The notes under the pieces were generated by a model that worked only from the letters and a program-made list of their open reading frames with translations, had not been told where the DNA came from and ran no database searches. Positions 7,828-16,403 of a stretch of DNA of 41,890 nucleotides are shown piece by piece (the first letter of the stretch is position 1; each line of letters begins with the position of its first letter). The DNA is from a virus. Its lineage: Duplodnaviria > Caudoviricetes. The position numbers were made by a program, and so were the translations under genes. The stretch spans positions 1-41,890 of IMG/VR virus record IMGVR_UViG_3300012943_000017, one strand, 5' to 3'.

Positions 7828-7852
7828 AGTGTACCTTTCTGTTGAGTTTTTC

Positions 7853-8077
7853 TTAATTTAGGGCTAACATTATTCCGACTCCGGTAAAGACTCCACTCAA
7901 AAACAGCAATGGAAGAGGGTAGATCATCTTGCGGAATTCGACCATTACGGGAGATGTCCTGCCAGGGTGGCTCCCGTAATTTTTAACTCCCTCTGTGGCG
8001 TATCGCCACATCCGCTTATCCAGTTCCGGGTATCTTCCTTCTAGTTCGCTGCGGTTTTGGTGCATGTTTACGATCAT
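7853..8077 (-). CDS. Small protein with C-terminal TM helix
   Basis: RBS ggagg; C-terminal PLLFLSGVFTGVGIMLAL. Confidence 0.6.
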   Translation of the reverse strand: MIVNMHQNRSELEGRYPELDKRMWRYATEGVKNYGSHPGRTSPVMVEFRKMIYPLPLLFLSGVFTGVGIMLALN

Positions 8078-8252
8078 CTTTTCCTCCGTATGTTATGGAT
8101 TCAATTTCATAGAAGACGCCTACCGTCTCCTCATTTTCTAAATATTTAGCACAGGCGGAAGCGGTGCGCAATGCAGCTTTGAGACTTTCACTCTCTATGT
8201 AAAACTCTTTAACTTCCACCCTTCGCATCCTAACCTTAAATTTCATTTTCAT
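8016..8252 (-). CDS. Hypothetical protein, first gene of the leftward operon
   Basis: Immediately downstream of the putative leftward promoter. Confidence 0.55.
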   Translation of the reverse strand: MKMKFKVRMRRVEVKEFYIESESLKAALRTASACAKYLENEETVGVFYEIESITYGGKDDRKHAPKPQRTRRKIPGTG

Positions 8253-8291
8253 GCCTTTTGAGCCTTGTACATGACATTATGCAAAATCGTT

Positions 8292-8317
8292 CAATTTAAT
8301 GAAAGAAAAAAAGTTAC
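8292..8317 (-). promoter_or_regulatory. Leftward early promoter motif, copy 2, in the divergent control region
   Basis: caatttaatgaaagaaaaaaagttac; minus strand reads TTTCAT-17-CATAAT. Confidence 0.55.
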
Positions 8318-8379
8318 GGAAAAGCCAAATTATGTTAAGATACTCCTAGAAACGTCTGAAAAATCCACAGACAGGAGGA

Positions 8380-8619
8380 TTGAAAATGGAATTAGAGCGT
8401 TGGCTGCGCAAAAATAATATGGAGACAACCGAATTCGCGGCGAGGATCGGTTGCACAAGGAAGACCATCTGGAAAATTAAAGCAGGGCTAAAGGTAGACT
8501 CTATCATCGCTAAAAAAGTCTACTTCGTAACTGGGGGAGCCGTAAGCCCACAGGTCACGACTAATCGCGGTCGACCGCGAAAGCACTTATCAACAGAGCC
8601 CACATTAGGGATAAGTTGA
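8380..8619 (+). CDS. Cro/XRE-like HTH regulator with C-terminal AT-hook
   Basis: LERWLRKNNM...EFAARIGCTRKTIWKIKAG HTH; RGRPRK AT-hook; first rightward gene; RBS aggagg. Confidence 0.8.
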   Translation: MKMELERWLRKNNMETTEFAARIGCTRKTIWKIKAGLKVDSIIAKKVYFVTGGAVSPQVTTNRGRPRKHLSTEPTLGIS

Positions 8620-8667
8620 AATATTTTTGAAATAAAAATACCTTTTTTGGGTATCGCAAGGGTTTAT

Positions 8668-9291
8668 ATGCCAACCACTAAGCACAAGATTCATCAAAGA
8701 GACTTGATAGACTACAAGCAAAAGCACCTAGCTAGAAAGGCGATTGCTGACGCCCTAAAGGAACGGAAAATAAAGCGTCCTGAAATTTGCGAGCTATGCG
8801 ACAACACTGGTCAACTCGATGCTCACCATGTAGACTATGGACGTCCCTTATTCGTTTATTGGCTATGCGATTCTTGCCACGGCGTAGTCCATAGAAAAAA
8901 TCATCCGCTCAACCCTAAAAACAATGAGCAGACTCCGATTGCCCTAGAATGGAAAGGGAATGAAAGCGTAAAAATTGCTTTATCAATTCCTTTTGAAAAC
9001 TTTATTTTTATGAGCAAGATCGCCCAAGAGCGAGGTTTGACAATCAGTAAGATGGTAAGAGGTCTGATCTTAAAAGAATACGAAGTGGAAGACGACCAGC
9101 TTACATTTGACTTCAATAACAGGAGAAAACATGACGAGTCACAACAGGACGAAAACAAAAGAGTATTCAATCTGGAAGAGGATGAAGAGCGTATGCGTGA
9201 ATCCAAAAGCGCCAGGCTTCAACAAATACGGAGCGAAAGGAGTCCGAGTCTGTTCGAGTTGGATAGAGGACTTTGCAAAATTCTTGGATGA
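8668..9291 (+). CDS. HNH-type zinc-binding domain fused to an RHH-like domain (ATG 8668 likely)
   Basis: CELC...DAHHVDY...WLCDSCH...H; then VKIALSIP...MSKIAQERGLTISKMVRGLI. Confidence 0.7.
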   Translation: MPTTKHKIHQRDLIDYKQKHLARKAIADALKERKIKRPEICELCDNTGQLDAHHVDYGRPLFVYWLCDSCHGVVHRKNHPLNPKNNEQTPIALEWKGNESVKIALSIPFENFIFMSKIAQERGLTISKMVRGLILKEYEVEDDQLTFDFNNRRKHDESQQDENKRVFNLEEDEERMRESKSARLQQIRSERSPSLFELDRGLCKILG

Positions 9292-9601
9292 TATGGGACC
9301 GATGCCCGAAGGTTGCACAGGAATTGATCTGCTAGACCCCAAGGCTAATTTCCAGAAGTTCAATTGCAAATGGGTAAACTGGGGTACACGCAACAAAAAA
9401 AAGAAAAAAGATAACGGTCGGGTTATTTGTTCATTTTCTATCGAAAAAGAGTATTATGAATACTTGACCAAGCAAGTTTTGATGAAGTCAAGAGAGCTTG
9501 GCAAGCGTTATCATTTTTCCGACTTGGTACGAGAAGTGCTAGAAAAAACCTGTCCTTTCCCGAAGACAATGGATATGTTCGGGGGAAAGAAGAAAAAATA
9601 A
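9131..9601 (+). CDS. Degenerate HNH-endonuclease-like domain fused to an RHH-like domain (ATG 9131)
   Basis: EYSIWKRMK..C.NP.....KYGAKGVRVC..W...FAKFLDDMG..P...IDLLD......NCKW; C-terminal CSFSIEKEYYEYL...SDLVREVLE; RBS aggag. Confidence 0.7.
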   Translation: MTSHNRTKTKEYSIWKRMKSVCVNPKAPGFNKYGAKGVRVCSSWIEDFAKFLDDMGPMPEGCTGIDLLDPKANFQKFNCKWVNWGTRNKKKKKDNGRVICSFSIEKEYYEYLTKQVLMKSRELGKRYHFSDLVREVLEKTCPFPKTMDMFGGKKKK

Positions 9602-9610
9602 GGAGCTGCT

Positions 9611-9916
9611 ATGCCTAGACCGCCACAAAACCAATGTAAGTTTCTCACCCAGTGGGGTGGAAACGCCAATAATTTCGCCGTGTTGCTGAATATCTATTCC
9701 AAATGGCAGGCTCGTATCGGGGATTTTGATATCGCTGAGACGACCGACCAAAACGCGAATAGGATAAGCGGAACGGAAGGGAAAGTCCTAACCTTTAAAC
9801 AGGCGATGAATTGCCCTCCAATACGCGATCAGCTCAAAGCGCGAGGCATCAGAGAAGAAAATTATCTCTATCCTCTACGCGGTGACCTGCTTTTTCCGTC
9901 AGGCGTAAAGGAATGA
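9611..9916 (+). CDS. Hypothetical protein
   Basis: Strong RBS taaggag; in operon. Confidence 0.7.
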   Translation: MPRPPQNQCKFLTQWGGNANNFAVLLNIYSKWQARIGDFDIAETTDQNANRISGTEGKVLTFKQAMNCPPIRDQLKARGIREENYLYPLRGDLLFPSGVKE

Positions 9917-9988
9917 GATAAAAAATGTTTTCTTTTATCAGGAGAAAGAGCAAAATTATTTTGTCTTGTGATGGGTCACGAGACGAAA

Positions 9989-10196
9989 AAACCTCAAGCT
10001 GCAAGACTTGAGGTTTACCGCACCTGAGCGATCAGGGTAGACCGAAAATGAGACCTTTTACGTCTCAATTTTCGATCTTTCCGGATTTTAACTCAATGTA
10101 ATTTATCCTAATCTGACAGTTTAGGATAAGGGAGCGAAACCTCCCTTTTTAACAAAACCCCCACTACGGTTTACCCAGCCACTGATGGGGGAGGAG
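9989..10196 (+). promoter_or_regulatory. Structured leader upstream of replication genes (five stem-loops, including a terminator at 10128-10150)
   Basis: Inverted repeats 9989-10016, 10043-10074, 10103-10129, aagggag-cgaaac-ctccctt-ttt, and ccccca/tggggg (10158-10191). Confidence 0.6.
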
Positions 10197-10200
10197 CAAC

Positions 10201-10380
10201 ATGCGAATTATATCACAATTTCACATTCATGCGTTAGACATTATACGTCTTTGCAACATTTTTGCAAATGTGAAAAGCGTGGTTTACAATTTCCGCTTGT
10301 GGCTCCATCAAATCTGGCTGGGATGGAGTATACATGTCAAACAATGCACGATTTTATCCAAAGCCCCGTCAATACGATGA
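10201..10380 (+). CDS. Putative 59-aa leader peptide (below the ORF-track cutoff)
   Basis: ggaggag RBS 4 nt before ATG 10201; open to TGA 10378-10380; overlaps the start of 10334. Confidence 0.4.
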   Translation: MRIISQFHIHALDIIRLCNIFANVKSVVYNFRLWLHQIWLGWSIHVKQCTILSKAPSIR

Positions 10381-10612
10381 GGGTCATTTACCTGTTCCGC
10401 GAAAGCTGATTTACGCCAAACACCTAAGCGATGAGATTAAGATTTTCCTCATGTCTTATGAAGCTGCTGTTTTTCATTTACGACAGTTTGATGAGATTGA
10501 CCAGAAGCTCCAAGAATTCCTTGGGTGGAGCGATGAGAAATTCAAGCGCGTTAGCTATGAATGCCTATCCGATGATCTCTTATCCAGATATTTGGAAGGT
10601 GGTCAACTATGA
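10334..10612 (+). CDS. Small wHTH-like protein upstream of the replication initiator
   Basis: VPRKLIY...LSDEIKIFL...LQEFLGWSDEKFKRV resembles HTH N-termini of phage replication proteins; atga coupling to next gene. Confidence 0.55.
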   Translation: MSNNARFYPKPRQYDEGHLPVPRKLIYAKHLSDEIKIFLMSYEAAVFHLRQFDEIDQKLQEFLGWSDEKFKRVSYECLSDDLLSRYLEGGQL

Positions 10613-11577
10613 GTAAAGCCAATGAGATGATTTGCTTCCCAGTCAAGTTAGCTGTTGAGCTTGGCGACGCAAGCCTTGCAATGCTTGTACAATTTTTCGT
10701 GAATGTAATCTCTTATCACAAGAGGCTGAAGCGAAACTTTAAAGACGGCAGGACGTGGAATTACTGCACAAGGGCTGAGCTTGCTGCCCAATTCCCTTTC
10801 TTAACTTCTGACCAAGTAAGACGCCTTCTTGAAAAGCTCATTAAGCTAAAAATCCTTAAGGTCGGAAATTACAATAAGCAGAAAGGCGACAAGACAAACT
10901 GGTACGCTTTTGAAGACGAAGTGAAATGGGGAATTTCCGAGGAAAAAAAGCCAGCAGAGGGGTCGGGCGAATCCGCCCAAGGGTCGGGCAAATTTGCCCG
11001 AGGGTCGGGCGAATCCGCCCAAGCAATACCAATGACTAAACCAGAGACTAAGCCATCTACTAACAAGGCATTGACTGGCACTGATGAGGCATTGCCCTTT
11101 TCACAAGGAAAAGAAGTCAATGGAAAGGCGGTGAAGCCCTCATCTGCTAAGTTCCCTCTCAAGAAAGAACAGCAACCTATCTACGAAGCTCTTAGGCAGC
11201 TTTTGCCTGACGCCTCAGATGAAACCCTGTTCGTCATGGTTCGTACCGACTATGCTAAAAACCCTAAGCGGTTCTTAGCTTGCATAGAACACACCAAAAA
11301 TGAAGCAGCCAAAGGCGTTCATTTCAAGAAAGGGGCAACCGCCTTCTTTAGGCACGCCCTAAAAAATCAGAGCCTTGTCACTAATTCGGCTCTCGAAAAT
11401 AAGCAATTTGCAGAGGATTTTGCTTCCGCTAACCGCTGGCTTCACGTTAAGATCACGGAGAAATATGTTATGTGCGAAAGGACTCATAAAGAAGTCCCTA
11501 CAGCCCTTGCATATGATCTTTTCATAGATCAAGTGCAGGATTTATACGAGTTAAGTCAAACCTACGCAGGAATTTAA
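10609..11577 (+). CDS. Replication initiator / replisome organiser (N-terminal wHTH)
   Basis: DGRTWNYCT..EL..QFPFL...QVRRLLEKL......VGNYNK...DKTNWY; contains internal iterons. Confidence 0.8.
   Translation: MSKANEMICFPVKLAVELGDASLAMLVQFFVNVISYHKRLKRNFKDGRTWNYCTRAELAAQFPFLTSDQVRRLLEKLIKLKILKVGNYNKQKGDKTNWYAFEDEVKWGISEEKKPAEGSGESAQGSGKFARGSGESAQAIPMTKPETKPSTNKALTGTDEALPFSQGKEVNGKAVKPSSAKFPLKKEQQPIYEALRQLLPDASDETLFVMVRTDYAKNPKRFLACIEHTKNEAAKGVHFKKGATAFFRHALKNQSLVTNSALENKQFAEDFASANRWLHVKITEKYVMCERTHKEVPTALAYDLFIDQVQDLYELSQTYAGI
10960..11022. repeat. Three tandem 21-bp palindromic iterons (putative replication origin)
   Basis: gggtcgggcgaatccgcccaa / gggtcgggcaaatttgcccga / gggtcgggcgaatccgcccaa; middle unit holds the perfect 18-bp palindrome tcgggcaaatttgcccga. 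Confidence 0.85.
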
Positions 11578-11587
11578 GGAGAAAAAT

Positions 11588-11893
11588 ATGGATTATAAAT
11601 TTGTTGAATTTTACGACGGAGAAGAGTATTCCGTCAAAGTACCTTGTGTTGTTGCTACTCATGAGGGAAATGCAGCCCAGTTTGTAGCTGCCTCTTGGTT
11701 CGGGATGCCGTTCAAGTATCAGAACGAACTAGGAGAGGAGACTATCCTAAGCCAGCAAGGCGTAAATCTTGCGTTTTACTTAGCGGTTATCGAACACACG
11801 CCCCGAGCTGAATGGAAAGATAAATTCGGGCAGAATCACGGCGCAATCGTCTGTGAGCTGATTAGGGCTGGCGTTTTAACCTTGAAAAAGTAA
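11588..11893 (+). CDS. Hypothetical protein
   Basis: RBS taaggag; follows the initiator. Confidence 0.7.
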   Translation: MDYKFVEFYDGEEYSVKVPCVVATHEGNAAQFVAASWFGMPFKYQNELGEETILSQQGVNLAFYLAVIEHTPRAEWKDKFGQNHGAIVCELIRAGVLTLKK

Positions 11894-11902
11894 AATAATG
11901 TT

Positions 11903-11943
11903 TTCCCGAGGCGCGTTTTTATGTTATAAAAAGCCCTTGGGAA
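11903..11943. promoter_or_regulatory. Long interrupted inverted repeat containing an extended -10-like element
   Basis: ttcccgagg..tttttat-gtt-ataaaaa..ccttgggaa; TGTTATAAA spans the loop. Confidence 0.45.
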
Positions 11944-12000
11944 TTAAAAGAAACAGCGAATTTAGGATAGGCTCTATAAAAAAAGCAAGGGGAAATTTAA

Positions 12001-12444
12001 ATGCAACCTTATGAATTTCTAGGATATCAACCAACACCGGGAGAAAAACATCTTGGAATTGCTACAATCAAAATGTGGGGAAGACTCATCCTTCGTTGGA
12101 AGGTCATTCCTAACAAAGACGGCTCTGGTTTTTTCTGCGGTGCTGCTAGTTACAAAGTGCCAGACCCCAGTGGAGCAGGTGGCGACTGTTACACTGAAGC
12201 CTTCATGCTTGACAGCAGAAGCGAACACGAAGCCGTGCAAAACTTTATCCGAGCGCACGTCCGCAAGGCAATGGGCGATGGAGCCTCCGTATTTGGTCAG
12301 CAGCGCGTCAATCAGCCTCAAGGCGGACAAAGTTACCCTGCACAAGCCAATACCCCTCCTGCGCAAAATCAAGCGGGAAATTCGGCGTACTGGGAAGGAA
12401 TGCCCGATATGCCAAATAATCCACCTGACCAATTGCCCTTTTGA
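12001..12444 (+). CDS. SpoVG-like nucleic-acid-binding protein with SSB-type C-terminal tail (putative SSB)
   Basis: LGIATIK...LILRWKVIPNKDGSGFFC...S.K; Q/P/G-rich linker ending DQLPF. Confidence 0.6.
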   Translation: MQPYEFLGYQPTPGEKHLGIATIKMWGRLILRWKVIPNKDGSGFFCGAASYKVPDPSGAGGDCYTEAFMLDSRSEHEAVQNFIRAHVRKAMGDGASVFGQQRVNQPQGGQSYPAQANTPPAQNQAGNSAYWEGMPDMPNNPPDQLPF

Positions 12445-12480
12445 GTTTGTTGCAAAATAAATTTAGGATATAGTTAAGTT

Positions 12481-12627
12481 ATGAAAGAGAAAGAAGTTTT
12501 AAAAGATCAAATTAGGTTAGAGGAAGAAGAAACACAGCTTCCAACGCCTGTACCTGAAGACATCAAAACCGACTCTTCTCCTGAAAATTACAGAGAAGAT
12601 CATGGGGGCAATAATGGCAATTCCTAA
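12481..12627 (+). CDS. Putative 48-aa acidic peptide (below the ORF-track cutoff)
   Basis: ATG 12481 to TAA 12625-12627; overlaps next gene's start; TATAGT 6 nt upstream suggests a leaderless start. Confidence 0.4.
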   Translation: MKEKEVLKDQIRLEEEETQLPTPVPEDIKTDSSPENYREDHGGNNGNS

Positions 12628-12883
12628 CATGTTTAGTGAGATTTTCGCTCTAGGACAGACCATCGGAAACGAGGACTTTTTTGAGCAGAGAATTGAAAAC
12701 GATGCAGACGGCAACCCTCTTTATATCGGTTGGTGTCCTGTGGCTAACGGAGCTACTTCCGAAGAAATTTGGTGGATTAAAAAACTTCACTACGATGCAA
12801 ACGGTCATGTTGACTGGGTTCAACTTCCCATAGGCAAGAAAGGATTCCTCTTCGCTTGGGATGATCGCGCAACATACTTTTAA
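12614..12883 (+). CDS. Small virion-associated protein preceding the fibre gene
   Basis: GNPLYIG...W.IKK..YD...F..AWDDRATYF pattern, which I recall preceding fibre genes in other phages. Confidence 0.6.
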   Translation: MAIPNMFSEIFALGQTIGNEDFFEQRIENDADGNPLYIGWCPVANGATSEEIWWIKKLHYDANGHVDWVQLPIGKKGFLFAWDDRATYF

Positions 12884-12898
12884 CCTTCAGGAGTAGTC

Positions 12899-14614
12899 AT
12901 GCCTTTTGTATTCAACCCAATCACGGGAAAGTTAGACCTCACGAATGTCGGTGGAGGTAACAGCTATAAAGATCCTACAGGGGTAGCGACTACAGATAAC
13001 CTCAACGCTACTTACGCCAACGGCGCAGCAGGCGTCGGGGCAACCCTGACAAATGCAGGCTCCTTGGCTGCAATTTCAATAGATGGCATAAATCCAGCCC
13101 TAAATTCGCGCGTTTTGGTTAAAAACCAAGCCAACACTTACGAAAATGGAATTTATGTCGTAACAACAGTCGGCTCAGGCTCCGTCGCTTGGGTTCTGAC
13201 AAGGGCGAATGACTACAATCAGCCTTCCGAAATTAATCCTGGCGACCTCATTCCGATTTCCTCTGGTCTTGTCAATGGCTCAACAATTTGGGAGCAGACT
13301 GCTACCGTTCTACAAGTGGGTGTTGACCCGATCAATTTTATTCAATTTACTTCTAAAGAGCTTTCACTGGCTCCTTACATAGTCGGAGACCAGTATTCTG
13401 ATTACACAGACATCCAGCCTGCGATCACAAAAGCAGTGATGGACGGTCACGACTCAGCAAACCCTTGCAACATTTACGTCAAACCTAACGATACAGGCTA
13501 CACAGGCGACTACGTCGGAGCTGACGGTATCAATCTTGTGGCTTTTGGCGGTGGAGTTGACCCTCGCGGTGCGGTTGTCAATCCAGTTGTCATCTCTGGA
13601 ACGTACACCCATCCAGAGGATTGCGTCGCTTCATTAAACGGCTTTAGAATGACAAAGTCAGGAGATGACGCGGTTATTCAGCAGGGCGGTACGCTCTTCC
13701 TTGAGAATGTCCAGTTTGACTTAGACGGCACGAACGCCTTTCTCTTTGAAGGAACGCAAGACAAAAAGCTCTGCCTCAAAAACGTGACAACACGCGGTAC
13801 AGGCAGTTCTTTTGACACGGACGGATCGGCTCAAAACATTCGCATTAACAAGGACTCTTGCAATTTCAATAACTCCGTGGCTAGTGATTTTACTTTCACT
13901 GGTCAGGTTTACATTGAAGCAAATGCCTGCGGATGGGAACACGCCTTTAACGTAACGACTACCTCAGCGATTGTGCGAGTCTTTGACTCCTCAATCTCAA
14001 CTTCTGATCCCTTCGCTTTTGATTTTAGCGCAGGCACAACAGGTATCTTCCAGTGCAACAACTTCTTTAGCAATGGCGCGCCTCTGGTTCGCTGCCAAAA
14101 TGCTGGAATGATTCCTTCTATGCCCTATAACGTAGGAACTAGCCTCAATGGTAGCTCTTACGCTTCTGGACAGCAGTTCGGTGGCGGTAGCTGGCTTTCA
14201 GGCGATACGGCTAGCGAAACTTACTCGCAAGGAAGAACAGGATATAGAGGCTCGGAATACAATCACCGACAAGCCTACGCTCAAACAACGGACGCAACGG
14301 TCACAACGCTCTTTTCATTGCCATTAGCCGAGCTTCAATCAGGAACTTTGAAAGGGACGATCATCGCTTCCACTCCAGACCACACAAACACAGTAAGCGG
14401 AGACTTTTTAATCGGAGCGAGAAGGGCTTCAGGAGGAAACGTAACTTTGGTCGGGGCTGTCGTAGCCAACATAAATTCCAGTTCAGCAGCTACATTCACT
14501 TGTGATGTGGATACTGGCACTCAAACCATGAGGGTTAGAGTAACAGGGGTCGCCGCGACTACCTACAATTGGAACACTCATGTTGAGTGGACTAAAATGC
14601 TCGATAACACCTAA
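12899..14614 (+). CDS. Fibre/tailspike-like protein with putative beta-helix region
   Basis: MPFVFNPITGKLD start; RVLVKNQ....NGIYVV.......W.LTRA.D domain; YTDIQPAI...IYVKP..GY beta-helix cap; RBS aggag. Confidence 0.75.
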   Translation: MPFVFNPITGKLDLTNVGGGNSYKDPTGVATTDNLNATYANGAAGVGATLTNAGSLAAISIDGINPALNSRVLVKNQANTYENGIYVVTTVGSGSVAWVLTRANDYNQPSEINPGDLIPISSGLVNGSTIWEQTATVLQVGVDPINFIQFTSKELSLAPYIVGDQYSDYTDIQPAITKAVMDGHDSANPCNIYVKPNDTGYTGDYVGADGINLVAFGGGVDPRGAVVNPVVISGTYTHPEDCVASLNGFRMTKSGDDAVIQQGGTLFLENVQFDLDGTNAFLFEGTQDKKLCLKNVTTRGTGSSFDTDGSAQNIRINKDSCNFNNSVASDFTFTGQVYIEANACGWEHAFNVTTTSAIVRVFDSSISTSDPFAFDFSAGTTGIFQCNNFFSNGAPLVRCQNAGMIPSMPYNVGTSLNGSSYASGQQFGGGSWLSGDTASETYSQGRTGYRGSEYNHRQAYAQTTDATVTTLFSLPLAELQSGTLKGTIIASTPDHTNTVSGDFLIGARRASGGNVTLVGAVVANINSSSAATFTCDVDTGTQTMRVRVTGVAATTYNWNTHVEWTKMLDNT

Positions 14615-14625
14615 GAGGTCTATTT

Positions 14626-15795
14626 ATGGTTATGGGAAGTTTAAATGGGGCTTTGACGGTAGTCGATCAAGCTCAGTCTAGGGCAAATTTAGGGCTTGGC
14701 GATGTCGCCGTTTTGAATCTGCCTATCACTAACGGAAACTTGCAAAATAGCTCCGTGACTATAAATACCTCTGGAACGCTCTCAGGGGGTGGCTCTGTCT
14801 CTCTTGGCGGAACGCTTAACCTTGTTGGGTCTGGCGGTTTAGGTGACGTGGTTGGACCTTCAAGCGCGGTCAACAACAATTTCGCCTCCTATAACGGAAC
14901 GACAGGAAAGCTCATCAAGGACTCTGGCTTTACAGACACTTCGTTCTTAAAGGCAGCGAATAACCTCAATGACGTAGCTAACGCAGCCTCCGCACGCACT
15001 AACCTTGGCTTGGGCACGGCAGCCGTGCAAAACGTGGCTTTCTTTAACCAGACAGCTAATAACTTGAGCGATGTCGCCAATGCTTCTACGGCTCGCACGA
15101 ATCTTGGGCTTGCCATCGGAACGAACGTTCAGGCTTGGGATGCCGACCTTGACGCAATCGCGGCTCTTGCTGGTACTTCTGGGTATCTGGCTAAAACCGC
15201 AGCTAACACATGGGCTTTGCGCACCTTGACGGCTGGCGTAGGAATGGCAGTCACGAATGGAAATGGAACAGTAGGAAACCCGACAATATCCACTACTGGG
15301 GGTCTTGTCTTGGTCAGTTCCCAAACCGCTTCCAATGTGGCGACGATAGACTTCACAGGTTTGTCTACCTACAACATGTACAAACTCTATATTCACCGAA
15401 CGCAACCTGTCACTAACTCTCAACCTTTAAGAATGCTTGTTTCTCAGGATAACGGATCCACTTGGATTAACACTTCTTACACAGGTCAGGTTCTTTACAC
15501 GGCTTACAATTCAGCCACATTGAACAATTCAAACTCTACAACCTTCTTGCCAATTTGTGGACCTTGCAATAACGGTGGAAGCATGACAGGCGAGCTTTTC
15601 TTGGGATCCTTAAATTTACCCGACTATTTCACCATTAGCGGACTTGCAGTCTGGACGGACACGACTTTGGGAGTTACCGCATCAGGTCGAGTTGGAGGCA
15701 TAGCCACAACAGGAATTAACGCTATACGCTTGTTATTTGCTTCTGGCAATATTAACAACGGAACATTTTCATTGTTCGGAATTAAAACAGCTTAA
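14626..15795 (+). CDS. Fibre protein with ANNLxDVANAxxARTNLGL repeats
   Basis: Repeats at about 14956-15015 and 15055-15111 plus SRANLGLG near the N-terminus; IGTNVQAWDADL motif; globular C-terminal domain. Confidence 0.75.
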   Translation: MVMGSLNGALTVVDQAQSRANLGLGDVAVLNLPITNGNLQNSSVTINTSGTLSGGGSVSLGGTLNLVGSGGLGDVVGPSSAVNNNFASYNGTTGKLIKDSGFTDTSFLKAANNLNDVANAASARTNLGLGTAAVQNVAFFNQTANNLSDVANASTARTNLGLAIGTNVQAWDADLDAIAALAGTSGYLAKTAANTWALRTLTAGVGMAVTNGNGTVGNPTISTTGGLVLVSSQTASNVATIDFTGLSTYNMYKLYIHRTQPVTNSQPLRMLVSQDNGSTWINTSYTGQVLYTAYNSATLNNSNSTTFLPICGPCNNGGSMTGELFLGSLNLPDYFTISGLAVWTDTTLGVTASGRVGGIATTGINAIRLLFASGNINNGTFSLFGIKTA

Positions 15796-15805
15796 GGGGG
15801 TTTAG

Positions 15806-16387
15806 ATGACAACTTATTCAGGAATCATGGGAATTCTTCATACTGAATTTTCAGAAAATCAATTTGTGATTCAAAGCCAAGCTGGAGGTGTATTTGTTGC
15901 TCCTACTGGTGACGGAGAAGGCGTTTGCGATAATGAAAACTTCCACGTCCTTGAGAACGGCTTACAACTAAAGGGAAATGCAGATGCCGATTCGCCTCCT
16001 TCTGGATTCATTGGAGAGAGATTGCAATCTTATGTCCCACAAGGGAGCGCAGTTTCTTGCTCTACAAACACAGCTACGAACGTCACAAGCCTTAATCTAT
16101 CTCCTGGTATCTGGGAGCTTTCCTCTATGTGCTGCTTGAATGGTAGCTTAACTGGTTCGGCTTTCGCTTCGGCGATTAGCGAGACAAGCGCGACTATGGG
16201 CACTAACGGACTCAATCAATCCTCAACTTCCGCGCTCCCGACTTCAAGCATCGACTCTACCCTTACCGTTCCCTCTGTCAGGATTGAAACTGACGAGGCT
16301 AAGACAGTTTATCTAGTGGCTCGCGCAACCTACTTGTTAGGCTCTGCCTCAGCTTACGGAAGATTATCAGCCGTAAGGGTAGCATAA
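15806..16387 (+). CDS. Short fibre-tip-like protein
   Basis: LKG......SGFIGE...TATNVTSLNLSPG.W...TVYLVA...G.LSAVRVA resembles fibre C-terminal domains. Confidence 0.6.
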   Translation: MTTYSGIMGILHTEFSENQFVIQSQAGGVFVAPTGDGEGVCDNENFHVLENGLQLKGNADADSPPSGFIGERLQSYVPQGSAVSCSTNTATNVTSLNLSPGIWELSSMCCLNGSLTGSAFASAISETSATMGTNGLNQSSTSALPTSSIDSTLTVPSVRIETDEAKTVYLVARATYLLGSASAYGRLSAVRVA

Positions 16388-16403
16388 ACAACTGGAGAAA
16401 ATT

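Noticed and set aside
8585-8616. Inverted DnaA-box-like pair (ttatcaaca / tagggataa) at the end of cro
   Set aside because: One and two mismatches to consensus; too weak to call, and better origin candidates exist at 10960.
10960-11022. 21-bp repeats as CRISPR or DGR repeats
   Set aside because: No spacers, in frame within the initiator gene, and no reverse transcriptase recognised in the genome.
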